From a virus: a stretch of 64,000 nt of DNA. The notes beneath the pieces were generated by a model that had not been told where the DNA came from, ran no database searches, and was given only the letters and a program-made list of their open reading frames with translations. Position numbers and translations under genes: made by a program. Within the stretch, counting starts at the first letter, position 1. Every line of letters starts with the position of its first letter. Below, in pieces: positions 28,540-36,682 of this stretch. Where the stretch lies: IMG/VR virus record IMGVR_UViG_3300017917_002765, positions 1 to 64,000 of that record; one strand, written 5' to 3'.

Positions 28540-28641
28540 TTAACTCCAACTTTTATGAAGAGACATGCATACACCTAGTCCTACTCGGCCTTGTTTGCCT
28601 TGCGGATACTGTTTACCTGTATATGTGGTTGTCGTTTTCAT
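28540..28641 (-). CDS. Leader peptide sensing K/T/Y/G/Q/P (33 aa, not in ORF track)
   Basis: MKTTTTYTGKQYPQGKQGRVGLGVCMSLHKSWS; contains GGACTAGG, complementary to the terminator 5' arm. Confidence 0.85.
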   Translation of the reverse strand: MKTTTTYTGKQYPQGKQGRVGLGVCMSLHKSWS

Positions 28642-28696
28642 AAGATTTTTTTATCTTTGTTTTTAAATAAATATGCTTTTGTTTATAAAAGTAATG

Positions 28697-28727
28697 CAAA
28701 GGTACTAAACTTTTTTCAATTTGTCAA
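28697..28727 (-). promoter_or_regulatory. Promoter TTGACA-N17-TACCTTTG
   Basis: Bacteroidota -7 element TAnnTTTG; the same architecture precedes all four leaders. Confidence 0.75.
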
Positions 28728-28731
28728 GTTT

Positions 28732-29199
28732 TTAATCAGATTTTTTTTCTGATTTTTTTGGACGACCTCTTTTTTTCTTTGGAGGATTTAATTTATCACG
28801 AAGCTCAGCAGCTTTCAAATAATCTTCATTCGCTAGTGCTTCTTCTAATTGTTCTTGTAGTAATTTTTGGTTAACAACTTTTTTCCCTTTTGGTGAATTT
28901 GTAAATGGTTTATCACTTACAACAAGTTTAACAATATCACCTTCTGGTGTATGCCAAATTTTTTTCTCATAAAAAACAACCCCATCAGAATATGTTTCAA
29001 TCTTATCTGGTTCACCAAGACTATCATCCATTTGTTTTTCTAAATTTTCATCAATATTAGGTATATTTTGGAAATTCATCAGCATATCCATCATTTTTCT
29101 AATCTCTTCCTTCATATTACCTATTTCAATAAATGGGTTTATGGAATTATTTCTTTTTCTGAAAAATTCATTAAATAAATCGTCAAAATTTTTATCCAT
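28732..29199 (-). CDS. UvrB/UvrC-motif protein with AT-hook-like tail
   Basis: LEEALANEDYLKAAELRD; KRGRPKK. Confidence 0.75.
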   Translation of the reverse strand: MDKNFDDLFNEFFRKRNNSINPFIEIGNMKEEIRKMMDMLMNFQNIPNIDENLEKQMDDSLGEPDKIETYSDGVVFYEKKIWHTPEGDIVKLVVSDKPFTNSPKGKKVVNQKLLQEQLEEALANEDYLKAAELRDKLNPPKKKRGRPKKSEKKSD

Positions 29200-29632
29200 G
29201 TTTTTTTAGTTTTGATTTTATGTTATTATGTGTGGTTTTTAAATTAAACGAAAAAACTTTTAAAATATTTATATTATAAAAATACATAAACATAGCAAAA
29301 AATATACCAGCCAATACGTACATAAAACTCATCGTCATCCAATAGTCATGTGTTATACAATTAATACCATAAACTACCAAATCATAACCAAACGGGTTTA
29401 AAAACAAAGCAATTGTTATTAGCCAATTCCCAAGGTTTGTTTTATCCACCTTGAAGGAAAGATAAGACAGCCCAAAGAATAGGGCCGCAAACGCATATAA
29501 CACGCACATTGTATACCAATAGTCGTTGGTTAATTGTGTCAGTTTGTACACCAAAATATCGAACCCAAATGGGTTGAGAAAAGTTGCTATCGTTAAGCAA
29601 ACTGTCCCCATCATCTTTCTGTTTATCACCAT
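29192..29632 (-). CDS. Membrane protein with internal duplication
   Basis: Two copies of FLNPFG[FY]D..VY..T.DYW.TM. Confidence 0.75.
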   Translation of the reverse strand: MVINRKMMGTVCLTIATFLNPFGFDILVYKLTQLTNDYWYTMCVLYAFAALFFGLSYLSFKVDKTNLGNWLITIALFLNPFGYDLVVYGINCITHDYWMTMSFMYVLAGIFFAMFMYFYNINILKVFSFNLKTTHNNIKSKLKKHG

Positions 29633-29736
29633 CCATTCGTTTATATTTTAGTTCAATAGGATTAAATTATTTAGCCCTACTTTTATCGGTTTTACCTAGT
29701 ATAAGCGAAACAACTCAATGCTTCACTTACAAATGA

Positions 29737-29913
29737 TTACATAACTACAGTTGTATCGGTAGTAACACATGTGTCAACCGCTGGTAGGCTAGTAGTGTCA
29801 ACACAAACTTCAGTGCTATCTGTTGTTGAAACCTCTGCCTCAGAACCAACTGGACTGCACGATGCTAATACCAAAACAAACACTGCAATGATTGCGAAGA
29901 ATACTTTTTTCAT
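29737..29913 (-). CDS. Small lipoprotein (not in ORF track)
   Basis: MKKVFFAIIAVFVLVLASC lipobox followed by a D/T/S-rich tail. Confidence 0.65.
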   Translation of the reverse strand: MKKVFFAIIAVFVLVLASCSPVGSEAEVSTTDSTEVCVDTTSLPAVDTCVTTDTTVVM

Positions 29914-29994
29914 TGTTCTTGTTTTTTGTTTTTAGTTATCGCTTTTGGCGTTTATAAATATTATTTTAATACAAATTTACTAATAAATATTGAT

Positions 29995-30246
29995 TTAGTC
30001 AAGAAAATCACCAACATTATTTTGATAAACCCATAAATGGTTGTACATATTTAAAATGGTTATTTCCAATTGAAATGCTGGTGTATGTTCACTTTTAAAT
30101 CGGTCTAAATTAATCTTAAACTCAAAAAATGTTAGCCCATCTTTAAAGTCTCTGATAAAGGAAAAAAGTTGAACTTCATAGTTCCATTTTTTCCATAATT
30201 GGCCGTAAAAAACTAATCCTATATTCATATGTTTTTTAGTTAACAA
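29995..30246 (-). CDS. Hypothetical protein
   Basis: 83 aa ORF. Confidence 0.55.
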   Translation of the reverse strand: MLTKKHMNIGLVFYGQLWKKWNYEVQLFSFIRDFKDGLTFFEFKINLDRFKSEHTPAFQLEITILNMYNHLWVYQNNVGDFLD

Positions 30247-30416
30247 GAACAGAGGCTTGTGGGAATCTCACCTTGGTCCTAGGACCTTTACACTATTTCA
30301 CCCCCTGTACATGGATTATTTAGACCCATTGGATGCCCGTGGTCAGCCACAGCTCTTTTTGGTTATATCCCAAATGAGGGAAAGGGAGCCACCCTAGTGC
30401 TACACAAGCTTGTTCT
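30246..30416 (-). ncRNA. Candidate structured RNA
   Basis: GC-richer intergenic block with terminal pairing agaac-agcttgtg / cacaagc-gttct. Confidence 0.45.
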
Positions 30417-30423
30417 ATTATAG

Positions 30424-30508
30424 TGGGCAGGGGTGGACTCGAACCACCAATCAATTTAACCAATTGTAGACCCGATTAAACTGGCTTTTTCCCGCTAGCT
30501 ACCCGCCC
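30424..30508 (-). tRNA. tRNA-like RNA with a 12-bp extended anticodon arm
   Basis: Acceptor gggcggg/cctgccc; T arm ggtgg-ttcgagt-ccacc; arm cagtttaatcgg-gtctacaa-ttggttaaattg. Confidence 0.65.
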
Positions 30509-30509
30509 A

Positions 30510-30609
30510 TTTCAGATGCTTTACACCATGTTAACCCAGTGTTTAGCTTAGCCACCTTTGACATGTGTGACCTTCGTCTTGTCATCGACATTTCCGATAC
30601 GTTCTGAAA
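30510..30609 (-). ncRNA. Candidate structured RNA
   Basis: Closing stem tttcaga/tctgaaa between two tRNA-like genes. Confidence 0.3.
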
Positions 30610-30626
30610 CACACCGCACAAATATG

Positions 30627-30699
30627 TGGGACGGGATGGAGTCGAACCACCGACACGTGCCTCTTCAGGGCACTGCTCTACCAACTGAGCTACCGTCCC
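30627..30699 (-). tRNA. tRNA-Phe(GAA)
   Basis: gtgcc-ctGAAga-ggcac. Confidence 0.92.
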
Positions 30700-30702
30700 A
30701 AA

Positions 30703-30832
30703 AACCGAGGATAGCTTTTCGGAATCTAATATGGTTACCCATACTTAACACACCATTAGAGAGCTGAGCATTACTGCTTATCCTTAGTGTGTACCTCTAG
30801 AAGCGTCTCTCCACGCTTGCTATCCCACTGGT
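30703..30832 (-). ncRNA. Candidate structured RNA
   Basis: Closing ggatagc/gctatcc; internal hairpin aagcgt-ggagag-acgctt. Confidence 0.45.
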
Positions 30833-30847
30833 TCTTTCGGTCTAGGA

Positions 30848-31063
30848 TTAGTTAGTCGTTACTGAACGATTTCTACGAGTCCTTGTTGAAGCTTCAACAT
30901 CACTTCTAAGATAATCGTTAGGAAGTTCACCATTCCTTTTCATTGCGGCCAATACACCAGCAAATGTCATACGTGGCACACCAAGTCTTTCAGCCATATA
31001 AGCATTTGTACGCTTGTGGCCACATTGTAGGATGTACGCTCTGATTTGTTTTGAAGTTTTCAT
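30848..31063 (-). CDS. Small HTH-like protein
   Basis: NAYMAERLGVPRMT. Confidence 0.6.
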   Translation of the reverse strand: MKTSKQIRAYILQCGHKRTNAYMAERLGVPRMTFAGVLAAMKRNGELPNDYLRSDVEASTRTRRNRSVTTN

Positions 31064-31387
31064 AAAATTTGTTTTTTGTTTATGTTGTTATTTATTATGA
31101 TGCAAAGGTACGATTTAGTTTTTTATTGTGCAAGTTTTCTTAAAAATTTTTTTTAGTCTAAATAAACACCAAAGTAATAGATACACATTAAATCATAGGA
31201 AACACCAAAATCATAAATCTTTTTAAATGTGACCATATCATCAGCACCCAATGCTTTTTTAGCAGCATTAAGTATTACATCACCAATCGCTTGTAGAATA
31301 ATTTTCTTCATAACGCAAAGGTACTAAAAAGATTTTGAAGATGCAAGCTTTAAAACAAAAAAAAAAACCCCTAATTAGGGGCTTTTG

Positions 31388-31509
31388 CGGACGTAAGCCG
31401 ATTCGAACGGCTACCTCTTGCGGGACAGGCAAAAATAAAGATTGGGTTGCTGAAATCATCTTTGTCAAGATGACCTTTTTAAATTATGCTACCATTACAC
31501 CATACGTCC
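31388..31509 (-). tRNA. tRNA-Asp(GUC) with an insertion of about 51 nt between the D arm and anticodon arm
   Basis: Acceptor ggacgta/tacgtcc; G73; D arm gtgt-aatggta-gcat; ttgc-ctGTCcc-gcaa; T arm agccg-ttcgaat-cggct. Confidence 0.7.
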
Positions 31510-31511
31510 AT

Positions 31512-31808
31512 TTATTCTTCTTCAATAGGAAAACAAAAGTCTTCCATTTCTTCATCACTAAATTGTTGTAGGTACAAATTAAGATTTGTTTTAAAATCAT
31601 AATCAAAGTCAATCAATTCATTTGTTAATTCTTCCCATTCACCAAACTTCAAAGCAAATTCTTTTAAATTTTTATCAATCTTAGCCACGTATTCATAAAA
31701 AGACCAAAAAGATATTTCAATAAATGTATTATCAATTAGAAAACACCTAAAATAACTTTCTTCTTTTTCTGTGAATACGAATTCATAATTTCGAATTAGG
31801 TTTATCAT
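31512..31808 (-). CDS. Acidic hypothetical protein
   Basis: 98 aa ORF. Confidence 0.6.
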   Translation of the reverse strand: MINLIRNYEFVFTEKEESYFRCFLIDNTFIEISFWSFYEYVAKIDKNLKEFALKFGEWEELTNELIDFDYDFKTNLNLYLQQFSDEEMEDFCFPIEEE

Positions 31809-31874
31809 ACTTTTTTAATACAAAAATACTAAAAAATTTTATACCAAACAACTATATTTTATCCAAATAATTAG

Positions 31875-31948
31875 TGGAGAGTTGGGGAATTGAACCCCAC
31901 ACACGATGATTGCAAATCATTGTCGCCAGCCTTGGTACATGACTCCCC
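31875..31948 (-). tRNA. tRNA-Ala(UGC)
   Basis: G3:U70 pair; loop ttTGCaa. Confidence 0.9.
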
Positions 31949-31951
31949 GTT

Positions 31952-32056
31952 AAAAACTAAATAGGTCTTCGTCTCTCCTAGCTGGCCCACAAAGCCCGAC
32001 TCGAACGGGAATGCTAGCAACCCAATCCAGCTTGCCCAAAAGGGTATTTAGTTTTT
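31952..32056 (-). ncRNA. Candidate structured RNA containing a tRNA-type T loop
   Basis: 12-bp closing stem aaaaactaaata/tatttagttttt; agctgg/ccagct; cccg-ttcgagt-cggg. Confidence 0.55.
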
Positions 32057-32057
32057 G

Positions 32058-32129
32058 CGGTCTATAAGGGAATCGAACCCTTACCACATCATAGACAGTG
32101 ATGTATCCTAGCCATTGGACCAATAGACC
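32058..32129 (-). tRNA. tRNA-Asp(GUC)
   Basis: catca-ctGTCta-tgatg; G73. Confidence 0.9.
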
Positions 32130-32139
32130 GTATTAAAAG

Positions 32140-32211
32140 TAGCCCCAACGGGAATCGAACCCGTCTTTTTAGGTTGAAAACCTAACGTCCTAACCGATAG
32201 ACGATAGGGCC
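32140..32211 (-). tRNA. tRNA-Glu(UUC)
   Basis: ttagg-ttTTCaa-cctaa. Confidence 0.9.
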
Positions 32212-32217
32212 ATTTTG

Positions 32218-32290
32218 TGGTGAGAAAGGGTGTCGAACCCTTATCTCTGGTTTTTCAGACCAGCGCATAGACCACCTTTGCTATCTCACC
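32218..32290 (-). tRNA. tRNA-Phe(GAA)
   Basis: ctggt-ctGAAaa-accag. Confidence 0.9.
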
Positions 32291-32302
32291 ATATTTTAAA
32301 AC

Positions 32303-32334
32303 AAAAAAGCTTGGTCATTTCTGGCCAAGCTTTT
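32303..32334 (-). terminator. Attenuator terminator of the Phe/Glu/Asp/Ala tRNA operon
   Basis: AAAAGCTTGGCCA-GAAA-TGACCAAGCTTTTTT. Confidence 0.85.
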
Positions 32335-32357
32335 CATCTATTTATTAAACTTTGAGT

Positions 32358-32450
32358 TTACTTTTTAGACAATAGTTGACCACCTAGGCTTTTATCAGCC
32401 TCGGCTGCGAATTCAAACGCAAAATCAAATATGTTAGCAAAAGTTCTCAT
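32358..32450 (-). CDS. Leader peptide sensing F/A/D/E (30 aa, not in ORF track)
   Basis: MRTFANIFDFAFEFAAEADKSLGGQLLSKK; TGGTCAA can pair with TTGGCCA in the terminator. Confidence 0.85.
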   Translation of the reverse strand: MRTFANIFDFAFEFAAEADKSLGGQLLSKK

Positions 32451-32496
32451 TGTTTTTGTTTTTAATTAAATATCTACTTGTTTTAAAAAGTTATTG

Positions 32497-32527
32497 CAAA
32501 TGTACTAAGTATTTTTGAATTTGTCAA
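32497..32527 (-). promoter_or_regulatory. Promoter TTGACA-N17-TACATTTG
   Basis: Same architecture as the other leader promoters. Confidence 0.75.
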
Positions 32528-32540
32528 GTTTTTTGTAAAA

Positions 32541-33572
32541 TTATTTTAATATACCAACTAGAGTTGCAATCGAATTAACTAATTTTATATAAACACCACT
32601 AGGTTGTGTATCAATATCTTCTATACTTTGACCAGCTAAATTATAATAATAAACTCTTTTAATATAATCATCAAACTTTACAGATACCACATTTGAATAT
32701 ACAAAATTACCGTCAAAATCAACTTGTTTTAAACGATAATAATAAGTATTACCTTTTATAACTTCAAAATCATCAAAAGAATATGATTTTAAAGTACTAG
32801 AGTTCCCATGACCATTAACCCATCCAACTAATTCAAAATAAGATGAATTCAAACTTCTTTGGATTTCAAAACCATTATTATTGACCTCAGAATTTGTTTT
32901 CCAAGTTAAATGTGAATATTTATTTTCTATATTTTCAGCATTGAAAGATGAAAGACTTACAGGTAATGCTGTTCCTGAATTAATTAAAGTCCATTTACGA
33001 TTAGAAGCAAAACCTATGGTGTCTGTGGAAGAACCAATACTATATAAAGCTGTCGATGAATTTACCCAAACACTTGATGGATTATAATAATTTAAAACCA
33101 AATCATTGTAGTTATATGGTATATCATTTATATCATAAGTTAAAGTTACGGTAGCAACTGGTTTGGTTGTAAAATTTGATAAATCTATTGTCCAATATCT
33201 ATTAATACTACTAGAATTATAATACGAAGTATTTGATGTAACAGCTGTATCAACGTTAGAAAATTTTATTGAGCTTCCATCACCAGCATTTGTAATGTTT
33301 AAATAAATTGGTAAATAAACGCTTGAATATGATATAAATGGTACAATATATGTTCCTTTATTATTTTGTATATTCCATTCAACAAAACCACCCATTGTAT
33401 CTGGCACATAAAACCCACCACCAGATGAATAAATTGATGACACGCTTGTATCACAAACATAAACGTTACCACCAGATTTTAAAGTAATATAAGATTGGTT
33501 ATCTATAAAAATTGATTGTGCATTGATGAAAGCACAAATCAAAACAAACATAAATGTGATTAACTTTTTCAT
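32541..33572 (-). CDS. Secreted Bacteroidota-type protein with T9SS-substrate-like C-terminus
   Basis: Signal peptide; LPVSLSSF..W.T.SE.NN.GFEIQRS..YYYRLKQVDFDG; YNLAGQ..GVYI. Confidence 0.75.
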   Translation of the reverse strand: MKKLITFMFVLICAFINAQSIFIDNQSYITLKSGGNVYVCDTSVSSIYSSGGGFYVPDTMGGFVEWNIQNNKGTYIVPFISYSSVYLPIYLNITNAGDGSSIKFSNVDTAVTSNTSYYNSSSINRYWTIDLSNFTTKPVATVTLTYDINDIPYNYNDLVLNYYNPSSVWVNSSTALYSIGSSTDTIGFASNRKWTLINSGTALPVSLSSFNAENIENKYSHLTWKTNSEVNNNGFEIQRSLNSSYFELVGWVNGHGNSSTLKSYSFDDFEVIKGNTYYYRLKQVDFDGNFVYSNVVSVKFDDYIKRVYYYNLAGQSIEDIDTQPSGVYIKLVNSIATLVGILK

Positions 33573-33574
33573 AA

Positions 33575-34921
33575 TTAATTCCTAATAATTAATACGTGTA
33601 AGCTACCTTGTCTAGCAGCTGTATTAGCTGATGAAACGTTAGCACTAACACCAGCAGTATAAACGGTTCTAACGTCAATTGTGTGTGAACCAGCACTTAA
33701 AGCTTGAAATGATGTTAATGTCCATTGATTACCTGTATTTGTAACATTTGAGCCAGAACCTGAATTAGCCGCAGTAACTCTTGTATAACTACCATTTGTT
33801 GGATATGAGCCATCAATGAATATTGCAAAATCTAATGTAGAATACCCAGTACTAGATGTGCTGTTTGTATTAAATGTACCATCAGTATAAATCATAACAA
33901 AACAATTTGAAGGTATCGTAAGTGTTGTTGTTAGACCTGGTATTGTGGTAAATGTTGTTGTAGATGTTGTAACCAATAATGTAGAACTACCGTAAACTGA
34001 TGTTACTGAATTTCCAAGTGCAGACCATGATAAACCACCAGAACCATCATTTCTAAGAAAAGTATTTGCTGTGCCTTGAGCTGTTGGTAGCGTCATTGAA
34101 TATGAAGTTGTAGTTGTGCCACCGTTAATCGTTACGGTATTGCTATTGGTTGAATTAGCGAATCTTAAACTTCCATCAATAGCACTGGCATTATTACCTA
34201 ATATAAAACCTGTATAGTTAGGTGAAGCAGTAGAGGAAAATCTACCTAATTCTTTATTGGCCACCACAAAACCAAATGAATTGGTCCCAGACCTATAAAT
34301 GCCAGAGTTAGCGTCATTATTAAATCTAATAGCTGGTGTTCCTGTACCACCGTCATTAACTATAACCCCACTATTTGTTTTTATGGCTCCAACAACATCC
34401 AATTTAACACTTGGTGAAGTGGTGCCTATACCAACTGAAGTCCCATCATTATAAATGTTTGAATTGTTTAACACCCACTGAGTCCCATCCCAATATGTTG
34501 TATTACCAGTTGCAGCACCAGAACCTATTAAACCAGTAGCTCCTTGGTTACCCTGTGCACCAGTAGCTCCTTGATTACCCTGTGGGCCAGTAGGACCTTG
34601 ATTACCTGTGGGACCTTGTGGACCTGTAGGCCCCTGTGCACCTGTAGGACCTTGATTACCTGTAGGACCCTGTACACCTGTAGGACCTTGATTACCTGTG
34701 GGACCTTGTGCCCCAACATTTCCATTTATTATTGGTAATCTGATTACTTTTCCAGTATTTGTAACCCCAATGTATTGGGAGTCTAGACCACTTACACCTC
34801 TTATTGTTAAGTCTCCATTAATATCAAGTGTTGTTTGTGGTGAATTTGTGTTTATACCCACATTTTGAGCAAAAACATTAATCGTTAATAAAACGAAAAG
34901 GATTGATAAAATTTTTTTCAT
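33575..34921 (-). CDS. Secreted collagen-repeat / fibre-like protein
   Basis: Signal peptide, [12 protein letters not shown] repeats, VGIGTTSP motif. Confidence 0.8.
   Translation of the reverse strand: MKKILSILFVLLTINVFAQNVGINTNSPQTTLDINGDLTIRGVSGLDSQYIGVTNTGKVIRLPIINGNVGAQGPTGNQGPTGVQGPTGNQGPTGAQGPTGPQGPTGNQGPTGPQGNQGATGAQGNQGATGLIGSGAATGNTTYWDGTQWVLNNSNIYNDGTSVGIGTTSPSVKLDVVGAIKTNSGVIVNDGGTGTPAIRFNNDANSGIYRSGTNSFGFVVANKELGRFSSTASPNYTGFILGNNASAIDGSLRFANSTNSNTVTINGGTTTTSYSMTLPTAQGTANTFLRNDGSGGLSWSALGNSVTSVYGSSTLLVTTSTTTFTTIPGLTTTLTIPSNCFVMIYTDGTFNTNSTSSTGYSTLDFAIFIDGSYPTNGSYTRVTAANSGSGSNVTNTGNQWTLTSFQALSAGSHTIDVRTVYTAGVSANVSSANTAARQGSLHVLIIRN
34526..34715 (-). repeat. Collagen G-X-Y coding tandem repeat
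   Basis: Repeated GPTGNQ/GAQ/GAT units. Confidence 0.9.
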
Positions 34922-34962
34922 GTCTGATTTTTATCATAAGTATATTAAATAATTCAACTAAG

Positions 34963-35301
34963 TCAAATATTTGATATATTTTTATTAATAATTTTTTTTA
35001 ATTTTTTTTGAGTTAACAATTCTAATAAGACATCCCCATGACATGGTTTTGGTTTACAAAAACATCCAAGGGTTTTCCCTTCAAGTTCATCCAAAGAGTC
35101 CATTAACTCTGGTGTATTTAAAATGTATTCTTTATATTTTGAAATTGCCTCTTCTGATGTTTCTACAATTTCAGAAGCTAGTGTTTCTTTATCTCGTATT
35201 GTCGTGTATGGATTCCCCCATTTTGACCCCCTTCCAATATATACATCATATGATTGTTTGTTTATATTAACAACCTTTGTAACAGAATTTGTATTAACCA
35301 C
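34963..35301 (-). CDS. DUF4326-like protein
   Basis: YIGRGSKWGNPY, LGCFCKPKPCHGDVL. Confidence 0.85.
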   Translation of the reverse strand: MVNTNSVTKVVNINKQSYDVYIGRGSKWGNPYTTIRDKETLASEIVETSEEAISKYKEYILNTPELMDSLDELEGKTLGCFCKPKPCHGDVLLELLTQKKLKKIINKNISNI

Positions 35302-35307
35302 TAAAAA

Positions 35308-35682
35308 TTATTTGTTTTTAGAAAATATCCAAGTGAAAAAAATATGAAAAATAAACGTAAATACTGGATAACACAATAATAACCATGGGTTTAATGTAGC
35401 AATCGTTAAAGATATTATTAAAGAAAATTCTCTAATTAATCCAAATAAATGCCAAGCATCTGTTAATGAAACAAAAATTGTTGTGCTTCCAATGAAAGCT
35501 TCACCCTGTTTTGGGTCCCCGTTTTTATATTTTCTTTTCCAAGAAGTTTTAGGATTCCAAAAATCACCTAAATCCTTAAAAATACTTTTTGAAAAATGAA
35601 ATTGTATTTTATCTTGAATTGCTTTACATATACCAGAAACAATTACAAAAAAGAATACCAAAATATATTGCCAAATTTCCAC
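35308..35682 (-). CDS. Membrane protein (Bacteroidota-phage type)
   Basis: SWKRKYK.GD...F..STT.FV..TDAWHL. Confidence 0.7.
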   Translation of the reverse strand: MEIWQYILVFFFVIVSGICKAIQDKIQFHFSKSIFKDLGDFWNPKTSWKRKYKNGDPKQGEAFIGSTTIFVSLTDAWHLFGLIREFSLIISLTIATLNPWLLLCYPVFTFIFHIFFTWIFSKNK

Positions 35683-35688
35683 AATATT

Positions 35689-35964
35689 TTATTTTTTTAG
35701 ATATTCATTATATAATGTCCTTACAATCAAACCAATAAAACAAATCGCAAAGATGCAAATTGGCCAAATCCATGACATATTTTCTAACCATTGAAAATCT
35801 CCAGAATTTCTTTTTTCAATTGGTATAGAAATAAAAATTAACCATGGTGTCATCATCAATAAAAATATAGGTATCATTATTGATAAACCAATAAATGTTA
35901 CATTTGAACTTTTCTCACTAAAGAAAAAATATATAGATTCAATAAATTTTTTTTTAATTTTCAT
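35689..35964 (-). CDS. Membrane protein
   Basis: Two TM segments. Confidence 0.6.
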   Translation of the reverse strand: MKIKKKFIESIYFFFSEKSSNVTFIGLSIMIPIFLLMMTPWLIFISIPIEKRNSGDFQWLENMSWIWPICIFAICFIGLIVRTLYNEYLKK

Positions 35965-36011
35965 AACGTATTTTTATAATAAATATTTTGATTAATAAAG
36001 AAAGTCTAAAG

Positions 36012-36093
36012 TAGGGATAGAGGGACTCGAACCCCCACGCCTTTCGGCACTACATCCTAAGTGTAGCGTGTCTACCAATTCCACCATATCCCC
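36012..36093 (-). tRNA. tRNA-Leu(UAG)
   Basis: ctaca-ctTAGga-tgtag; long variable arm. Confidence 0.92.
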
Positions 36094-36149
36094 ATAGAGT
36101 GTAGTAGCTGGTACCTAGCTTGTGGTTACTACACATTTTATCCACTTTG

Positions 36150-36233
36150 TAGCCAAGGAGGGAATCGAACCCCCACGCCCTTTCGAGCACCAGATTTTGA
36201 GTCTGGCGTGTCTACCTGTTCCACCACTTGGCC
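36150..36233 (-). tRNA. tRNA-Leu(CAA)
   Basis: ccaga-ctCAAaa-tctgg. Confidence 0.92.
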
Positions 36234-36237
36234 ATTT

Positions 36238-36305
36238 CGGAAGGCGTACTCATTAGAGATACTTCCGTCAGTTACGTTGCTTTCGCAAGAGGCTTTACTG
36301 AGCAC
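36238..36305 (-). ncRNA. Candidate compact pseudoknotted RNA between Leu tRNAs
   Basis: gtgctca/tgagtac, cggaag/cttccg, ttgc-gaaa-gcaa. Confidence 0.4.
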
Positions 36306-36309
36306 CATG

Positions 36310-36395
36310 TACCGAGAGTGGGACTCGAACCCACACGACCTTTTAGGGTCACAGCATTTTAAGTGCTGCGTGTCTACCTGTTCCACCATCTCGGC
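36310..36395 (-). tRNA. tRNA-Leu(UAA)
   Basis: cagca-ctTAAaa-tgctg. Confidence 0.92.
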
Positions 36396-36455
36396 ATTAC
36401 GTTACAAAGGTACAAATAATTATCTTATTTTGCAAATCCTATGCAACTTTTTTTG

Positions 36456-36540
36456 TAGGTCCACCCAGATTCGAACTGGGATTATACTTCTCGTCTCCAC
36501 TTTGTAAGAGTGGGATGTTTAGCCATTACACCATGGACCT
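36456..36540 (-). tRNA. tRNA-Val(UAC), long variable region
   Basis: ccact-ctTACaa-agtgg; 16-nt variable segment. Confidence 0.85.
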
Positions 36541-36549
36541 ATTTTATTG

Positions 36550-36621
36550 AGTCCCCAATTGGATTTGAACCAATGTAAGAGATTTTGCAGACCTCTGCCT
36601 AAGCCACTCGACCATAGGGAC
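36550..36621 (-). tRNA. tRNA-Cys(GCA)
   Basis: gaggt-ctGCAaa-atctc; U73. Confidence 0.9.
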
Positions 36622-36623
36622 AT

Positions 36624-36654
36624 AAAAAAAGCCTATCTTTTTAGGATAGGCTTT
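36624..36654 (-). terminator. Attenuator terminator of the Cys/Val/Leu tRNA operon
   Basis: AAAGCCTATC-loop-GATAGGCTTTTTTT. Confidence 0.85.
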
Positions 36655-36682
36655 CTAGTATTTTCAGTTTATGATTACTTAC

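Noticed and set aside
30424-30508. Amber suppressor tRNA / stop-codon recoding of the genome
   Set aside because: The arm geometry is incompatible with normal decoding, and long conserved genes translate intact in code 11, with TAG serving as a normal stop.
31437-31463. SAM-I riboswitch, suggested by CAGCAACC
   Set aside because: The other SAM-I elements (AUC-AGAG P1, kink-turn P2, P4) are absent and the motif lies inside a tRNA.
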